A stretch of 64,000 nt of DNA from Tubulanus polymorphus. Lineage: Eukaryota > Animalia > Nemertea. The notes below the pieces were generated by a model, which was given only the letters and a program-made list of their open reading frames with translations, was not told where the DNA came from and searched no databases. The position numbers were made by a program, and so were the translations under genes. The stretch lies in NCBI RefSeq assembly GCF_964204645.1, contig NC_134025.1:5890001-5954000 (forward strand). The letters run 5' to 3'. Below are positions 39,387 through 53,510 of this stretch, in pieces (position 1 is the stretch's first letter; the number at the start of each line of letters is the position of its first letter).

Positions 39387-40995
39387 GTAAAAAGTAGCTT
39401 TATTTTGACTTTGTAGCTTTAGTGATGCTAGGAATAAAGGCTAAAATTATCCGACCCCGTGAGCGATAGCGAATTTTCACGTATCTTAGGCACCTTGTAA
39501 TTGTTGGTGTTCTTTCTTACTTCTAGAGGCAATTATCAGACAAGTTTTAGATAATTTGGGTTGACCAAATGTTATAAATGTTTAAGTGGATAAGCCTAAA
39601 TTTAATGATATTTGACAGATTGGATCTGACTGACTTACATAATCACTTCATCTCATCTGTCAGTGTCATGATTAATTGTCAAATGATTCTGGTCCATCAA
39701 AAAAATCATTTTCAGCGATTTTTTTCTATGTTATGTTTTTGAATTGAGCTTGCTCTATGTAGCTCTTATTGGTAAATCTTAAAAGTGACTGCATATAAAT
39801 TACTTAAAGTCCAACCAGTTCTAACTTATCCAACATTCAACATTTTAACACCCTTCCATTACTCACCCCTCTGTTTTAAGTGTTGGGCCTTCAGCTTCAG
39901 TTCAATAGTTGGTTAGATTAGTTAGAGTGCCTATTAAATCTATGTCACAAAACAGGCAAAAAGAATAGGACTATGCAAGGTTTATTTAAACTATGGGCAC
40001 ATTGTTTATTTTGCACCAATCAACCCTATTTCTTATTACCCCCTATACTGTGTCCCTAGAGGGGACATTAGGCTATTTGATATTTGGTCTATACCTGTTG
40101 AACTGGGACTTAAGCCAAAGTATTTTCTAGCCTAATAATATATTGGTTGTAATATATATTTCCCAGTGTTGATGAAGATCGAAAGTAGGGTGAATATTGA
40201 ATCATGGACACTAAAATGAAAACTAAATTCATTTTATGATTGAATCAAATATTTCTAGGCCTGTTCATTTATCTTTTCCTCGTCCCTTCAATCCACCGTA
40301 TCATAGGTCTTTTCATCTACATCCGTTAAATTAGATAATCATAATATCTAATTTTAAATGACTGCTCACACTGGCTTCCCTATAGTGTATGACTTCTAAA
40401 AAGATAGAATTTTGGATCCTTTGATGTGGCGGCAGTTTTCTATGATCAATTAGTTTGAAAATGGTATTCCATTACATTTAGTATGCAGAACAGTGCATAA
40501 TTCATAATGTGTCCATTTGTTGACTGTATAAATAGTAGATAATAGTACTGGATACACGTATTCAATACAATCCTTATTTGATGACATAAATATTCACACG
40601 AGTTTAATTAGCAATCAAAGATATCAGAAAATATATTTTCTGCTCTCCGAGGCCTACTGGGAAAGAAGGGTAGTCTTCCGAGAGGTTCATAGGCCTATGT
40701 GAAACAATTTAGATACTGATGATTTAAGTTCAATGTTTTGCTTTTTACAGGAAAAAACAAAGACAATACTTTAACGCATTGGATTTCTAACAATGAGGAC
40801 GATACTGTTTTAAATCATAAACTAGAGTTTTTGGATATATCATTAGTGCGTGTGTGAATGTGAGAGAGGCAGGCGCTTACTCTCCTCGAGAATTTGACAG
40901 ACAAGCTTTTTAAAGATGAGGGCTAACGGTTTATATGTATATAGTTATTAAGCGGTTTCGAGGTTGTGTTTAGTATGGTTGTGGATTATTCCGTC

Positions 40996-41112
40996 ATGGC
41001 TCATCGATATAGCAAGAAGAACGAGGGAACAGGCGGCCCCAGCAACACCGATTCGACTAAAAGCAACGGACACAAAGACGAAGAAAATGCCAACATCGTC
41101 GTCTTAAAAAAG
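40996..41112 (+). CDS. Probable first coding exon of an unidentified gene (MAHRYSKKNEGTGGPSNTDSTKSNGHKDEENANIVVLKK)
   Basis: Strong acceptor TTTTGCTTTTTACAG|G at 40750, good Kozak context GTCATGG, 39 codon-like triplets ending at the phase-0 donor AAG|GTAAAC. No downstream exon identified. Confidence 0.5.
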
Positions 41113-44100
41113 GTAAACGTTAGATTCAAATTCCGAAGTCCACTAGCGATAAGAATTTGCTGAACTGGCTGTGGTAGAGAGAGCATTATTTATACCATAA
41201 AATCACATTTCCATTCACCCGCAATTGGCCCGTTGTTAGTTTTGATTCATTTTCATCTTGTATTATATGTAACAATTTTCTAATGTGTGGATATAGCATT
41301 TCTTCTATTTTTTGTTAAAACACACCATAAACCCCTACTAGGGTAGCCCGGCTAGTCACGTAACTGCTTGATTACAATCTTGACCAATATTGATCGGGTT
41401 CTCCATCCAAATACTTTTTGTTACAAAAAAGCTGCTGGTCTTTCTCTTCCCACCACTGCTGTGAGAAAGGTATTCTTCAAAATCAAGACGAATGCAGATT
41501 TACGGTGGTTTAAATCTGAAGTCCATAGTTGTTACATTCATAATGAAGTCGAATTGTGGGCACCAAATCCTAAAATTGAAGTAATCTTTACTGGTAGACT
41601 GATGTGAGCTCACTTTTCGAAGTGGATAAGTGAACTCATAATTGGAATGTGTAATTCAAAGATTTTCAGGTTTATTTCTATTGATTGACCCTGTTATTTA
41701 TTTGATTGGTAGATTCTTTAAATTTCTTATGATTTAGTGCCCCTTACAAACCCACCACACCTGCCGGGAGCGCAACAGCGGGTTTGATTTTGAAATCGGA
41801 AATCGAAGTACAGATATAGTTGTGTGATCAGCGGTCAAATTTACAGAATTTATTGTTTAATTCGCATTAGTACATAATTGGAAATTTTGGTAACCACATC
41901 AGAGAAATGAAAACATTTTCATATCTCTGATGAAAAGGTTTAGTCAAAACCTCGAAACGTAAGACTGAAATCATCAATTGCGGATTCGCTTATCCACTTT
42001 AAAGCGATCCTTTATTTCAAGTGCGATTTTATTTTCGAAAAACGAATTCGGGTAAGATTTCATTTTGCACGTCGGGCCTGTCTACAGACGCGCACTTACA
42101 CCGCACAGGCGCGGCGTATAAGCGACGATGCGACAGTCTGAAATTGTTCCTCCGAGAGATTCAGCGAAATGCTTTCCGCTTTTCCGTGGCTATCGTATAG
42201 CCTTGTCAATATTTCAAATTATTCATGAGTGACAGAGATTTGTTGAGTGCCGTATCATATTACCGAAGGCGACTCGGAAGATTAGCACAAAGTTATGCCA
42301 TCGAGAACGCGTCGGTGTAAGCCATCTCCGTCCGACCGATGTTTGAAACGCGACGTTGTCACCGTTGATTTTCTTGCGTCGGAAGATTAGTGTCCCGTAT
42401 CTGGTGTAGAAGACGAATCGTTCTATACACCGGTTCATGGCGCGGCGGCGGCGGCGGCGTGCATGCGTGCCACAGGAAATTACTCCGAATCGCAGAAAAA
42501 TTGATTATGAAATGATGGTATGTCTATTGATTCGAGTCAGTGATTTTCCCGAGAGAGCTTATTGAAAGCTGTAAAAAAATGTTCGAATTTCGATTAGAAA
42601 TATGCGGTAGTCGTTTTTGTATTGTCGAGTTATTAAGTTTGCGCTTCGTGCGCAGTTCAAATAACTTTCACGAACAATCGCAACTTAACTATCGAACAAA
42701 TGATTAAAAGATGTAGTGATGTAATCATCTGGCGAAATCTTGAAACGATTTTGTAAGAATCCGTTATCAGTTGCGGAGTTCTGGCGTTCTTTGTCAAGTT
42801 TGAGTCATTTAAGTTTAATCGGCCCATTTCCGATGTTTTTTGCTTAAAACTTAAAAGAACAATACCTCATGAATAGATTAAAACCTATACTCGAACACTT
42901 TTGGCCCAGACCAAAAACGAGCCAAATTTGAGCAAAGGTCAAATTATTGTCTCTGTGTGATTTGAATGTTCCTGATGTTTTTGATTATGATACTTAACTT
43001 TATTCTAAAGCAAAATAATTTCAGGGCACAAGTATGTAACAGCCAAAAATTTTAACCCATAATGTTTTTATAGTCTTAGTGGCTATGCATTTCTAGATTT
43101 TTAAAGGAATCTGCAGCCTATGCCATCAAGCCCCACAGTTCTTATAATAAGCCAGTTTTAAACCTAATTCTGTTCGACCTGGTCTTGGTGTCGCTGTATA
43201 CATAATGAATACAATACAATGGAACTTTATTGAACTCTAAAAAGTTAACAATAAAAACATTCGAGTGAAAATCAATACAGTACAGACAGTATATGACGTG
43301 GTTGAAATTGAACTCGATTAACCCAGAGCCTATCGTGCTCGAATTGTATCGCTCATGAAAATCTATTTCACAACAATTATCTTAATTTCAGATGATGTAT
43401 TTAGTTTTGATTTAGCATCAGAGCTTGGCGCCTGCTACATCAAATCGCTATATTTAACCCACGCAGTCATGAAGTAAATAATTGGTTTTGGTGGTGTGTC
43501 TATTCGCATGTTCAATCGTATTTATAAATTCACACTTATTAAAACCATAGCGCTACGGCGTCATAAGCACAATTACCATGAAAGTTTATCGATGCCTAGA
43601 AAAATAACATGTTTATCACTTAATATCGTCGACAATGAATAATATAATATGAATTATTTTAGGCCTAATACGAAGGATCCAAAAAGCTATTTCGAATATA
43701 TCGATTATTGAATTGAATTGTCTGGCAACCAGTCGAGCCCTGATATTTTGATGACGTAATGCACATCCTCTCAAAAATGATTATTGAAATATATCAAAAA
43801 TAAAATTAGAGTTATGAAATATGTTTGATTACAAAATATAAGCCAAAATTCACAATTGTAATTGTTATTTTGAAAAGTCAATATTGAAGATGTAGTGCAC
43901 ATCAACTCACACAGAACCCCCTTAGATAATGCAAACTGAAATGTATATAAACATTATTGTAACATTTTACGGCATCAAAAAATTCATGAAGCTGAATTTT
44001 CATTCAACTGGTTATACAAAAATTCTTTATCCCATGTTTTAAACAAATAAATATAGTGAAAAAACTTCTTTCTTTCTGTGTAAACTGAACAGTCATTCGA

Positions 44101-46660
44101 TCTTCTGATTTAAGGAAAAAAATCTAATCATCGGAAAACTTTTAAGTTCTGAAATTGAAATCGATGTCAGCTAAAATTTCAATAAGAAATTTGTGAAAAA
44201 ACACGATTTGAAGGGGTTAAGGTGTAATTATGAAATTGCTCTGCTTGTAATAATAATAATGATACGTCTAGTTGAGAAGTGCTATCAGAATGATGTTGAG
44301 TGTACGTGGCTTGCCGTTGTTAAGAGCATGTGAAACAGACAGGTGTCAATGAATTCCTTTACTCCGTGTCTTTTTTTAGCTTTCATCTTTCGATTATTAG
44401 TTTGACGATTATTGGCACATGAGCATGATGGTATGATATTATTTCTAAAGGAATTTTATTCGAATTTCCGATTTTTATACTTTTTTATTGCGGGAACAGT
44501 TATTCTAATTTAGACGGATTTCTTTGATTAGCATAATTTCTTTGAGTTAAGAATTCTAATTTTGAATTTGATGTCAATGTTGTGCAGTTTGTTTTAAGAC
44601 GAGAAGAAATGATAGAAGGGTCTTATTGGTCTAGTGTTTATTTGCACATAATTTCTATTTCATTGTAAACATTTGAAAATGGATAAAATTTTCAAAATTT
44701 ACACTATAAATGTGTGGCAGATTTACTTCTGCGATTACTTCTACAGATTTTGTTTTTGAGGTTATATTCTTAAATCCATTTAATACAATAAATAAAGTAA
44801 CTGATTCAATGAAAAAATTTAATCAATCTCCGAGAATGAAGGTCCTTAGATCAGCCCCATCCCGGTGCGACGTGCGTGGAAAGTTAAAACGAATGATTTT
44901 TTCGCGATCACGCCTTACGTCGTTTCGCGCAGACGAAGGAGAAAAACAGTGTTGCGGCAGCAGCATTGAAGAGGAGTACGCGTTCATATAAGTAATCAGA
45001 GTATTGGTACTTCATCTGTTAACTTGGTAATGTTCGGCAACTCACGTAGCTGTTAAAATGTCACGTTAGTTAATTAACGCTATTAATGGTGTACCTGTCT
45101 ATCGTTTGGCACTGGCTGAAAACTATCGATCCTAGTTCTGTATGCCGTGCACAACGCGCAGACACACTAAACATTTGCAGAAAATTTGTTCAATACAACT
45201 AATAATAATTTTTTTAGATTGAGATGAACACTACCCGTAACGCAATTATTCCATGTATGTTATCGATTGTGACGTCCGACTATTTTAATTAGTTTGACAC
45301 CTAGAAATATAGATTTTTGAAAATGTTTTCGTCTCGATGGAGACGTCGCGCCTTTTTTTTTTTTTAAGCGGAAATTTTTCACCGAAAAAACTAAATCGTC
45401 GATCGTCGTCGAAATTTCGATAACGAAGTAGATTCGGATTTTTTGGAAAAATCGAGTAATTGACCTAAAATTAAACTCGACTAACGACTGATAACTGTTC
45501 GGGTTGAATTCATGAGGAGGAGAATGCAAAAGTATTGGTAGTAAAACACGAATCTACCATTAGCAGCATGTAGGCTAGATATCAGAAAAGTGCATTAAGA
45601 ATGCTTTATATACTGGTGTAGATGATTATATGTAGTTGAACTCGTTTGGTTAATAAGTTTTTCATTGATCAACGCGAGATCGATCAAGAAGCAAACGTGG
45701 AAAAGATACTTTTGCCGGAAATCTTATAGATATTATAGTTGTTCTGCGATGGCCTATTTCAATAACGATATCGTGGCCTGTATAAAATCACCATTTTGTA
45801 ATGCATTCCGATAAGAGAGATAGATGACAATAAGGGATATAGACTATTGAAAGCCTATTTTAGACCCCTGGATTTCAACAATCGCAATCCGCACACAAAA
45901 ACCATTACATTTTCCGTATGAGTTTGTAGATGGAGCATGCATTCCGCGCGTCGAACCCTGGATCAGCTTGTAACAGGTTGTCTCAAAATGGTGCCGTTAT
46001 TTGCAAATGAAACGATGAAGAGCCCTAAAATAAGTAAATCACACATGTTTATTGATTCCACAATGTTTCAGCTGTTTCCTAATGGTTGAATGACTGATAT
46101 AGGCTTATTCAGTTTTCTGAGATTGGAACTGAGTAGGTTTTTGTTTTCAAAACGATAACATTTTTGAATTACCCGATTTCAATTTCAAAATACATACTTT
46201 TTGTTTTTTTCTTTATTGTCGGTTAACGTTCATTTCAAATATATTTTTTTTGTCGGTCTCCGTATCCAGTACGTACATTATCCATTGGTGAATAAAGCGC
46301 TGACGTTAAGTTGTTAAATTTGAACTCGATAACCCGCGCGCATGTTTTAGAGAAATAGGTGCACACCACGCGTGCACGCAAATGAGAAATGTCAATTCCC
46401 AGGGATTCTCACCAATGATATCTTCGCGCCGTCACGGGTGATGTAAATCTGACCATGAAACATCCGAACTATTGCGTCTAATTAATACCGGTGCGGAGAG
46501 ATTACTTCCCACGAGGAGGAGTGGCTGTTTTTTCGTCATCGTTATTACTCGTGTGAGCCGAACACTTTTATACGGCCTGTAATTAGTCGGATGTGTATGT
46601 AATGTCAGCAGTCATCTTTGTTATCATTAGAAATGTGATGTCCACCGAACTGCCTCCGTT

Positions 46661-46671
46661 GCCGCTGCCGC

Positions 46672-46714
<43 letters not shown>
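46661..46714. repeat. (CTG)n trinucleotide microsatellite
   Basis: About 14 uninterrupted GCT units preceded by GCC/GCT units. Confidence 0.9.
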
Positions 46715-49700
46715 AATACCCCGTAGATGCACGATGACAATAGCTTTTATCTCGCGGGCATAGCTCCTTTACTTTACCTTGCAGTGGGTGTCTGTATATA
46801 CGAATAGCATTTTGTCGCCAGTACCGTTGAAGTGTCCGTTGATGTCTGCGCGCTTATAGTTTCTCAAATAGATATGTGTCGAAGTAGCTAAACACGTGGA
46901 CATTAGTATCTACCTTACCGGCGGGATTCTTCGCTTAATAATTGGACTATTATACCTCGGCGCTCAAAACTGACATAATCCTCATCCCTCATCTGCAGAA
47001 TTTTTCATTCCTCTCATATTGGTCAAAGACGCAATGCGACCCTTAACTCGCCATCATTTATATATATATTTGATAAATTGATTATCATTGATTCATGGGA
47101 AATTTATGAGGTGGAAAATAAGCAGAAATGAGGCTGGAGCAATAGACCAAAACACAGATTGCCGGGTCTACTAGGAAAACTGTATCTGTGATTTATTCCA
47201 TCACTTTTGCTTCACAAAAATATAAATCTCGCGCATGCATAGTTAAGGGATAAGGTAGTCGGGTGGTGGTGGCGGCGGTGGTGGTTGTAAGATGATCTAA
47301 GCCTTTATGGCATTATAATCACATTGTCAGCTTGTTAAACATTGTGTTAGGAATTTGTGAAGATGAGAACAGCAGCATTGTCAAATATGAGCCCCAGGAC
47401 ATGTTTTACACCCACAACTTTCTGATTTCATAATCTTATCATTTCAAATTCAACCATTTTTCTCATTCATTATGTAGAATCGGTATCATAATTGGCGGAT
47501 CGGATTGAGATCCAAAACCAGCCAATTTCCCTCATCATCTCTCAAATATCTATTATAGTTATGCTAAATTCAAGCTAATATCATTAATTGAACTATATAA
47601 CTGTTGATTTGTTTAGTTTTTGCAGTTCTGTCATATTTTCAGACCTCGTATATTCGGCGTAGACCAAATTTTGCTAGTATTCCCTTTTTTATCGTCATGC
47701 CTTTAAGAACGTCAGTTCACCGATGACGAGTCAATATGAATCTTATCAACTGTCAAAATATTAGGAAAAAAGTTTCCATCATCTGTTTGAAAAGGCACCG
47801 GCCGGGGATATAGTATCATCGGGATACGTATCTATATGAACTGTAATTTCACCATGGTTACACACACTTTATAGACAGCACATTGAGTGCCCTTAAATGA
47901 AGTTTTAATATTTCAGTGATGGTTGAATAGATGCTGTTAAATACAGCCCAGATATCGTACATTATTCAATGCTGCGATCATAATCTGATGTAAACTGAAT
48001 GGACCGGTATAATTCACATTCACCTACGTAATAAACGTGATATTCTTTTTTAAGAATTTATATGAAATTTCGCACAGGTAACCGATCAGAGCTTCAATTT
48101 TGTATTCGGATACAGCGTGTATGAATCTTGTTAATAATCCATTCACCGATAAACCAATAAACACTTCTAAATTGCCATGAATGAAAGTAAAGGCGAAAAA
48201 AGTGGAAAGAATGAATGGAATACAAAGAGTGAGCTTTTTGCAGAACCATTTTCCATCATATTGTAAGAAAATGAATAACCATTTCCTTTGAGATATTATA
48301 TTACTTGTACTATAGTATTAATGCAGAGCTTTGAATTACGACGATAAATCCAGAAAAAGACACTCTGTAGCAAGTGGATATATTATTGAGAGATGTTTTC
48401 AGCTATATTCTAATAGCCATCGTCTATATCAGATTCTGTGGTTTCCATTGTCATTTTTTTTCATAATCAAGTAACATTGATGGCGATAGTTTGATTCCGT
48501 AGTTTAGTCTCGGTACCTGATCGCCGTCTGAGCCTAGCTTTAACGATGATCAAAACGCCCTTTGATTTCCGTCGAGTTTTCATTAGATGATTTAAGATCT
48601 CGCAGTTCGCAGCTGGTGCTTTATAGTTTTAAACGTAAATGACGATCATTCCATTAAAATCCATGACTGAATCCGGTGCGCGAGCGGTTCACTCTGCTCA
48701 TCCGTTGGCGTGTAATATTGCAAAATTTAGATTAATTGAAACTTATCAATCATTATGCTCACCAATCCGTACTGGATCTGGTTAAACTACAGTACGCTAC
48801 TACTGGTGTTAGGTGCAGAGTCAATAAGCTGTCAGATAGGATCATAATTATGCAATTGGTTGTGTTTGATTGAGAAGTTTATAAATTCGGTGGGATCTTA
48901 ATTTGAACTTCACTTAATCACGATTGGGAAATCAGATTATATGTTCAGTTTAGTATAATAATAGCGCGGCCATAGCGCAATTCCTGTGAATGAAATACGG
49001 ATGAACCTTCTGAGGCTGAAGTTGACTGCTGGATCGATATAAGATGATGCTGTTGCTATATATGGAATATGAAGTAATCGCTAAAATTGACTTTGAAATA
49101 ACCCCTAGACTAATCTCCAGTTTGAATCGAAGAGCATTTATTTGCTATTGCTGGAATTTTTTTTCATTCTTTTTCTTCTATGACATAGAGAGATCTTGGA
49201 TCTCTTAATGCAGTGTTTATGTGATCCTATTATGCAAAGAAATATTATTCATCAATATAAAAATGCATAGGGCCTATACATTTGTACATAACAAATGCTT
49301 GCCTCAGTCCAAGGAAATTATTACTATGGGATACAAAGTACGGAATAATAACCTTATGGTGAAACTGAAGCATCGTTGATTTGGTGTTTAGATTATTTTT
49401 GATATCTGTATGTTTTGGAATTCGAATAATATTCCAAAGTCGATATATTTCCTCTTTTGGCTTCTATCCATCTTTCATCAGGTATCGAGCAAATCTTTAC
49501 CGAAATAACCTTTGATATCTCGGTAAATTGTGCCAATAAACGACGGATTTGTTGGGTCTCTATTCCCTAATCGACGAGTGAAAATTGGTAATTCCTTCAT
49601 GTTCTCGAAAAACGGTTGCCATTAGGAACATATAAAGGCCAATGTTTAGTTTGCTAAGCATACAGCGCAAGAATGAAAATGATCATTATGCACATCACGT

Positions 49701-52329
49701 AGTATTGACAATCAAGACTCTTCTCATCTGCCTTTCATTGAAATGTAAATTGAAGTTTGTATTGCAGTGCACTGCAGTGTCATTCATCTATCTTTCAAAA
49801 TACCATCATCTTTAGCAGCGCTCGCCGCATGCTCATCCAACTGTAGGAATTCCTCTATTCGTTTTCTGTTGATGAAGCAACATGTGCGCTATTCATACAC
49901 GTTACCGAGCAGGGTTTGAAAAAATGTCCCCTAAAAACGTGAATTTTTGATACCGAGTTAAAGATAATCTGGGCGAAATATATTGTATGATGTGGATGGA
50001 AAAAACTAAAAAGAAAAGAATACCTCTGTCAACACCGAATGGAAATGATTGAGGATACGATGAAACTACGAGGATAATTTGAGTTTGTGTATTTCGTGGC
50101 TTCCGTTAATGATGTGCGTAATTCGCGATGATATTATTGCCTATCATTTTCTTTCAATGTAATACTCTCAATTATTTCCTAGACCTCGTCAACGTCTTGT
50201 GTTTGCAAATTAAACGCAGTTACTGATTACTTTCTATTGATCTTTCAGCTTCTTATATTCGACTAAAAACTGAGTAGTTCTGTGATAATGTGTAATAGGG
50301 CTTTCATCCTGGTTTGAGGAGCTGATTTCATGTAGTTGAATATACTGAATTGTATGTATAAATTCAACTGCACATAGAGATGTTATTGTATCAATCGGGT
50401 GGAATAAAAGCTGATGATTAATGAGTATACTCGGTAGTAAGGGAACTATAGATATGGATCCAACAGGGATCCCCCTGAAATGTCAAGTTGTCCTGAAACT
50501 GCAGGAAAATGAAATTCCAAAATTGAGGTAATGTTTTCCGATGAGCTTTCTTTCAGAGTGCCCTTTTAATTCTAATGATGCACCCCTCTCTGAATCATAG
50601 ATTCACCCCTGTCCATGTTATGTAGATCCACATTAGAAGATGAAAACTCAAATGTTGCATTCGGTGTAGTATTTCCAATTTTTCTGATTGATGCTTTTTT
50701 GATATATACAGACTCCGACTTAGATATGCGAAACACTGATGGCTATTTTTGCCGCTGTTGATCTTGTTCTTATCTCATGCAGCATTTTTCATTTTCTGGT
50801 GTGGGTGGACAAGAGCGCTAGTAATAAACTAAAAATAGTATAGCAGTACTTAAGGAAATGCCAATGACACGATGGATATCATTTTTAATAGTGTCATCCA
50901 TAAAGACGAAGCCATCCTTACAAATAAGATATTTAAAAAAATAACATAACAACTGAGAAACTTAATTTGTTTCATTCTCAGCATTTCTAGTTTTGTCATT
51001 TGAATGTTTATATATTAGATATGTATGTTCACACATTTTTGCTTCGGGACACTTACTATATTGTTGATATTCTCTAGCCATTTGATGTATTCTATTTTTA
51101 GTCAGGTTTTGAACTCTATGTCTTTAGTTGACAAAATAGGGTTTATACCACACCCAAAGTAAGTTAGTTACTCTATATGATGCCGATAGAGATGAACACA
51201 TTGGGTAAATAGAAATAGAAATAATGAGGCTTTTAGTAAAAGTGATGAATGCGTAGGAGTAAAAACCTAAAAAGATAACAGTTTGTGATACAGCGAAAGC
51301 TGATTAAATGCTGATGCATTTTGTGACGTTTTCACGAGGTTTATTGCATTGAAAATGGCATCGATCAACTGTCGTTCTTTATACCAGCATTTTTGTATAA
51401 AGCTTCTTTGGCTAGTGCCTGAATTCTGTTCTCGATGTTAATCTGTGTGAATAGTCCAGTTTAGAATAAAACTTGCATTTTAAATACCCTAATGTGGGAG
51501 TAAGACTTGAAACTGAAGTTGGGCTCGGTACAGACCATTTGGAACTGCTATACCACATTTTCAAGCCATTGAGAATGCCTGACACGCTCCGGGGGGGGGG
51601 GGGGGTGGGTCAGTTGCTCATAGGTTGGTTAAAGATAACTGTCTGATAAATACCATGGTAACAATAGACTTTTAATTGTCACTATGTCAACTATCCGCTG
51701 GTTACTTTAAGCAACTTGCCCCTAGTCCTTACGAATGGCCGAGGAAAATATGATTTGTAGCCACTTCCAATATGATCAGTATTACTGTAAAATATTGTCA
51801 TTTGGATGGCTCATTTTAGTAAAAGCAATATCCTGTCCGACAATGGTTACTGGCTGTTTAGTGTAGTAGTTTCATCACTGCTGTACCGATCATCATCGCC
51901 GCCCGAAGATATATTGCTGAATAAACAGCTCGGGTGTTGTTTCGCGAATGGTTCATACCACTGCGACGACGACGTCGCGGTCAGGCCAGGCCCGATGATT
52001 TCGAGAAATGACTGAATGCCGCACGAGTGGCTTTATGGTCAGCGCCGATCGGAACAATTGATATAAATCGGCGTGGTCTGAGAAGCGAGAAATACCTGGC
52101 AACAAATAGGTGTAGCTAATGGTCGCTGAGAGACCAGTAGGGGACATAGATGGATGGAAAATATCGTTGCAGACTCGTACGAGCTCTGAATATGTATTAA
52201 CCTTATGAGCACATGTTGTCAAACGATTCTACAGAGTATATTGTGACTAGCTAACAGCGTACAGCTGTCATCGGCAATGTTTACCGTTGTAAATCTGTCC
52301 AGTAAAATGTTCCAGAAGCTGCCATTCCG

Positions 52330-52495
<166 letters not shown>

Positions 52496-53358
52496 TGTTT
52501 AATCTTACGTAATCATGGAACGTTTTGCGCAGAAGAAAACCATAGGTTATTATAATAATTTAAGATTTATGAAACTTCCAATCTTCCAATCAATTCTTCC
52601 AATCGATTCATTCGACTGATACATCTGCCCCCGATTTGTTCCAAGGCAACAATTGAAAATTTACTAATTTCTACAGGCCTATGCGCTACATTATGGTACG
52701 CGATATTATTGAACCCGGTCTTGTCATGTCGAAGCTGACGAAATTACGTTTGCTGATATGAAAACTGCTTTGGATGAAAGAATAATTGCATTTAGACGGT
52801 TGCATCTGTTATTTTCATTGCTGATGTCAGATGGTCTTTCTGATGTGCTCATCCTTATTCCCGGATTGGGAATATGTAATCACTATGGGGTATTGAGAAG
52901 GTCAAGCAGTATCTGTCGGCATTGCAATCGTACTCTCTAAACAGATTTCGTGTGATGTTTGTTATCTCACTGATTGCAGTGTAGTGCTGGAAATGATCTT
53001 TCGCATTCCGACTTCTGTCATTGGATGTCACCTTAATAAAATAATGCGCTGTCCATATGACGTGGTTTCTACAGAATCTAAGATCATCAATTTGTATTCA
53101 AATAGCCACCCACCCTACTCACCCTGGCGTCATCTTCTCACCACTGCGTCACTTCATATCTGTCAAAATTGAATTAGTTCACTGAAATTTACTTCATTGT
53201 TACTCGCATTATCAATTTCTAAATATACGAAATCGGCCGACAAAATCGGCGAACAGCGCCGCTTATTTTGAAACGACCAGCTGCTAGCGCCACCTTTAAT
53301 TAATCAAAGAGCCGTGATTGGCTGGTTAATATGGCGCTCGAAGCGACTGAGCGCCGTA

Positions 53359-53510
53359 CCCGGACACACTGGGCGATTCTGTCGCCGGCGACAGAATCCA
53401 ACATGTTGGATTCGGGCGATTTCGTCGGCCGACTAAATCGCCGAAGGCGATTGCCCGGACACACTGGGTGATTTTGTCGGGCGACGAAATCGCCCAGTGT
53501 GTCCGGGCCT
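53359..53510. mobile_element. GC-rich palindromic MITE remnant (Harbinger-like end)
   Basis: 20-bp IR CCCGGACACACTGGGCGATT...AATCGCCCAGTGTGTCCGGG, an internal direct copy at ~53454, nested palindromes, and a right end GGGCCT followed by TTA. The superfamily call is inference. Confidence 0.65.

Noticed and set aside
40996-41112. BTBD7 identity, suggested by the vertebrate UNC79 neighbourhood
   Set aside because: The peptide does not resemble the BTBD7 N-terminus as I recall it.
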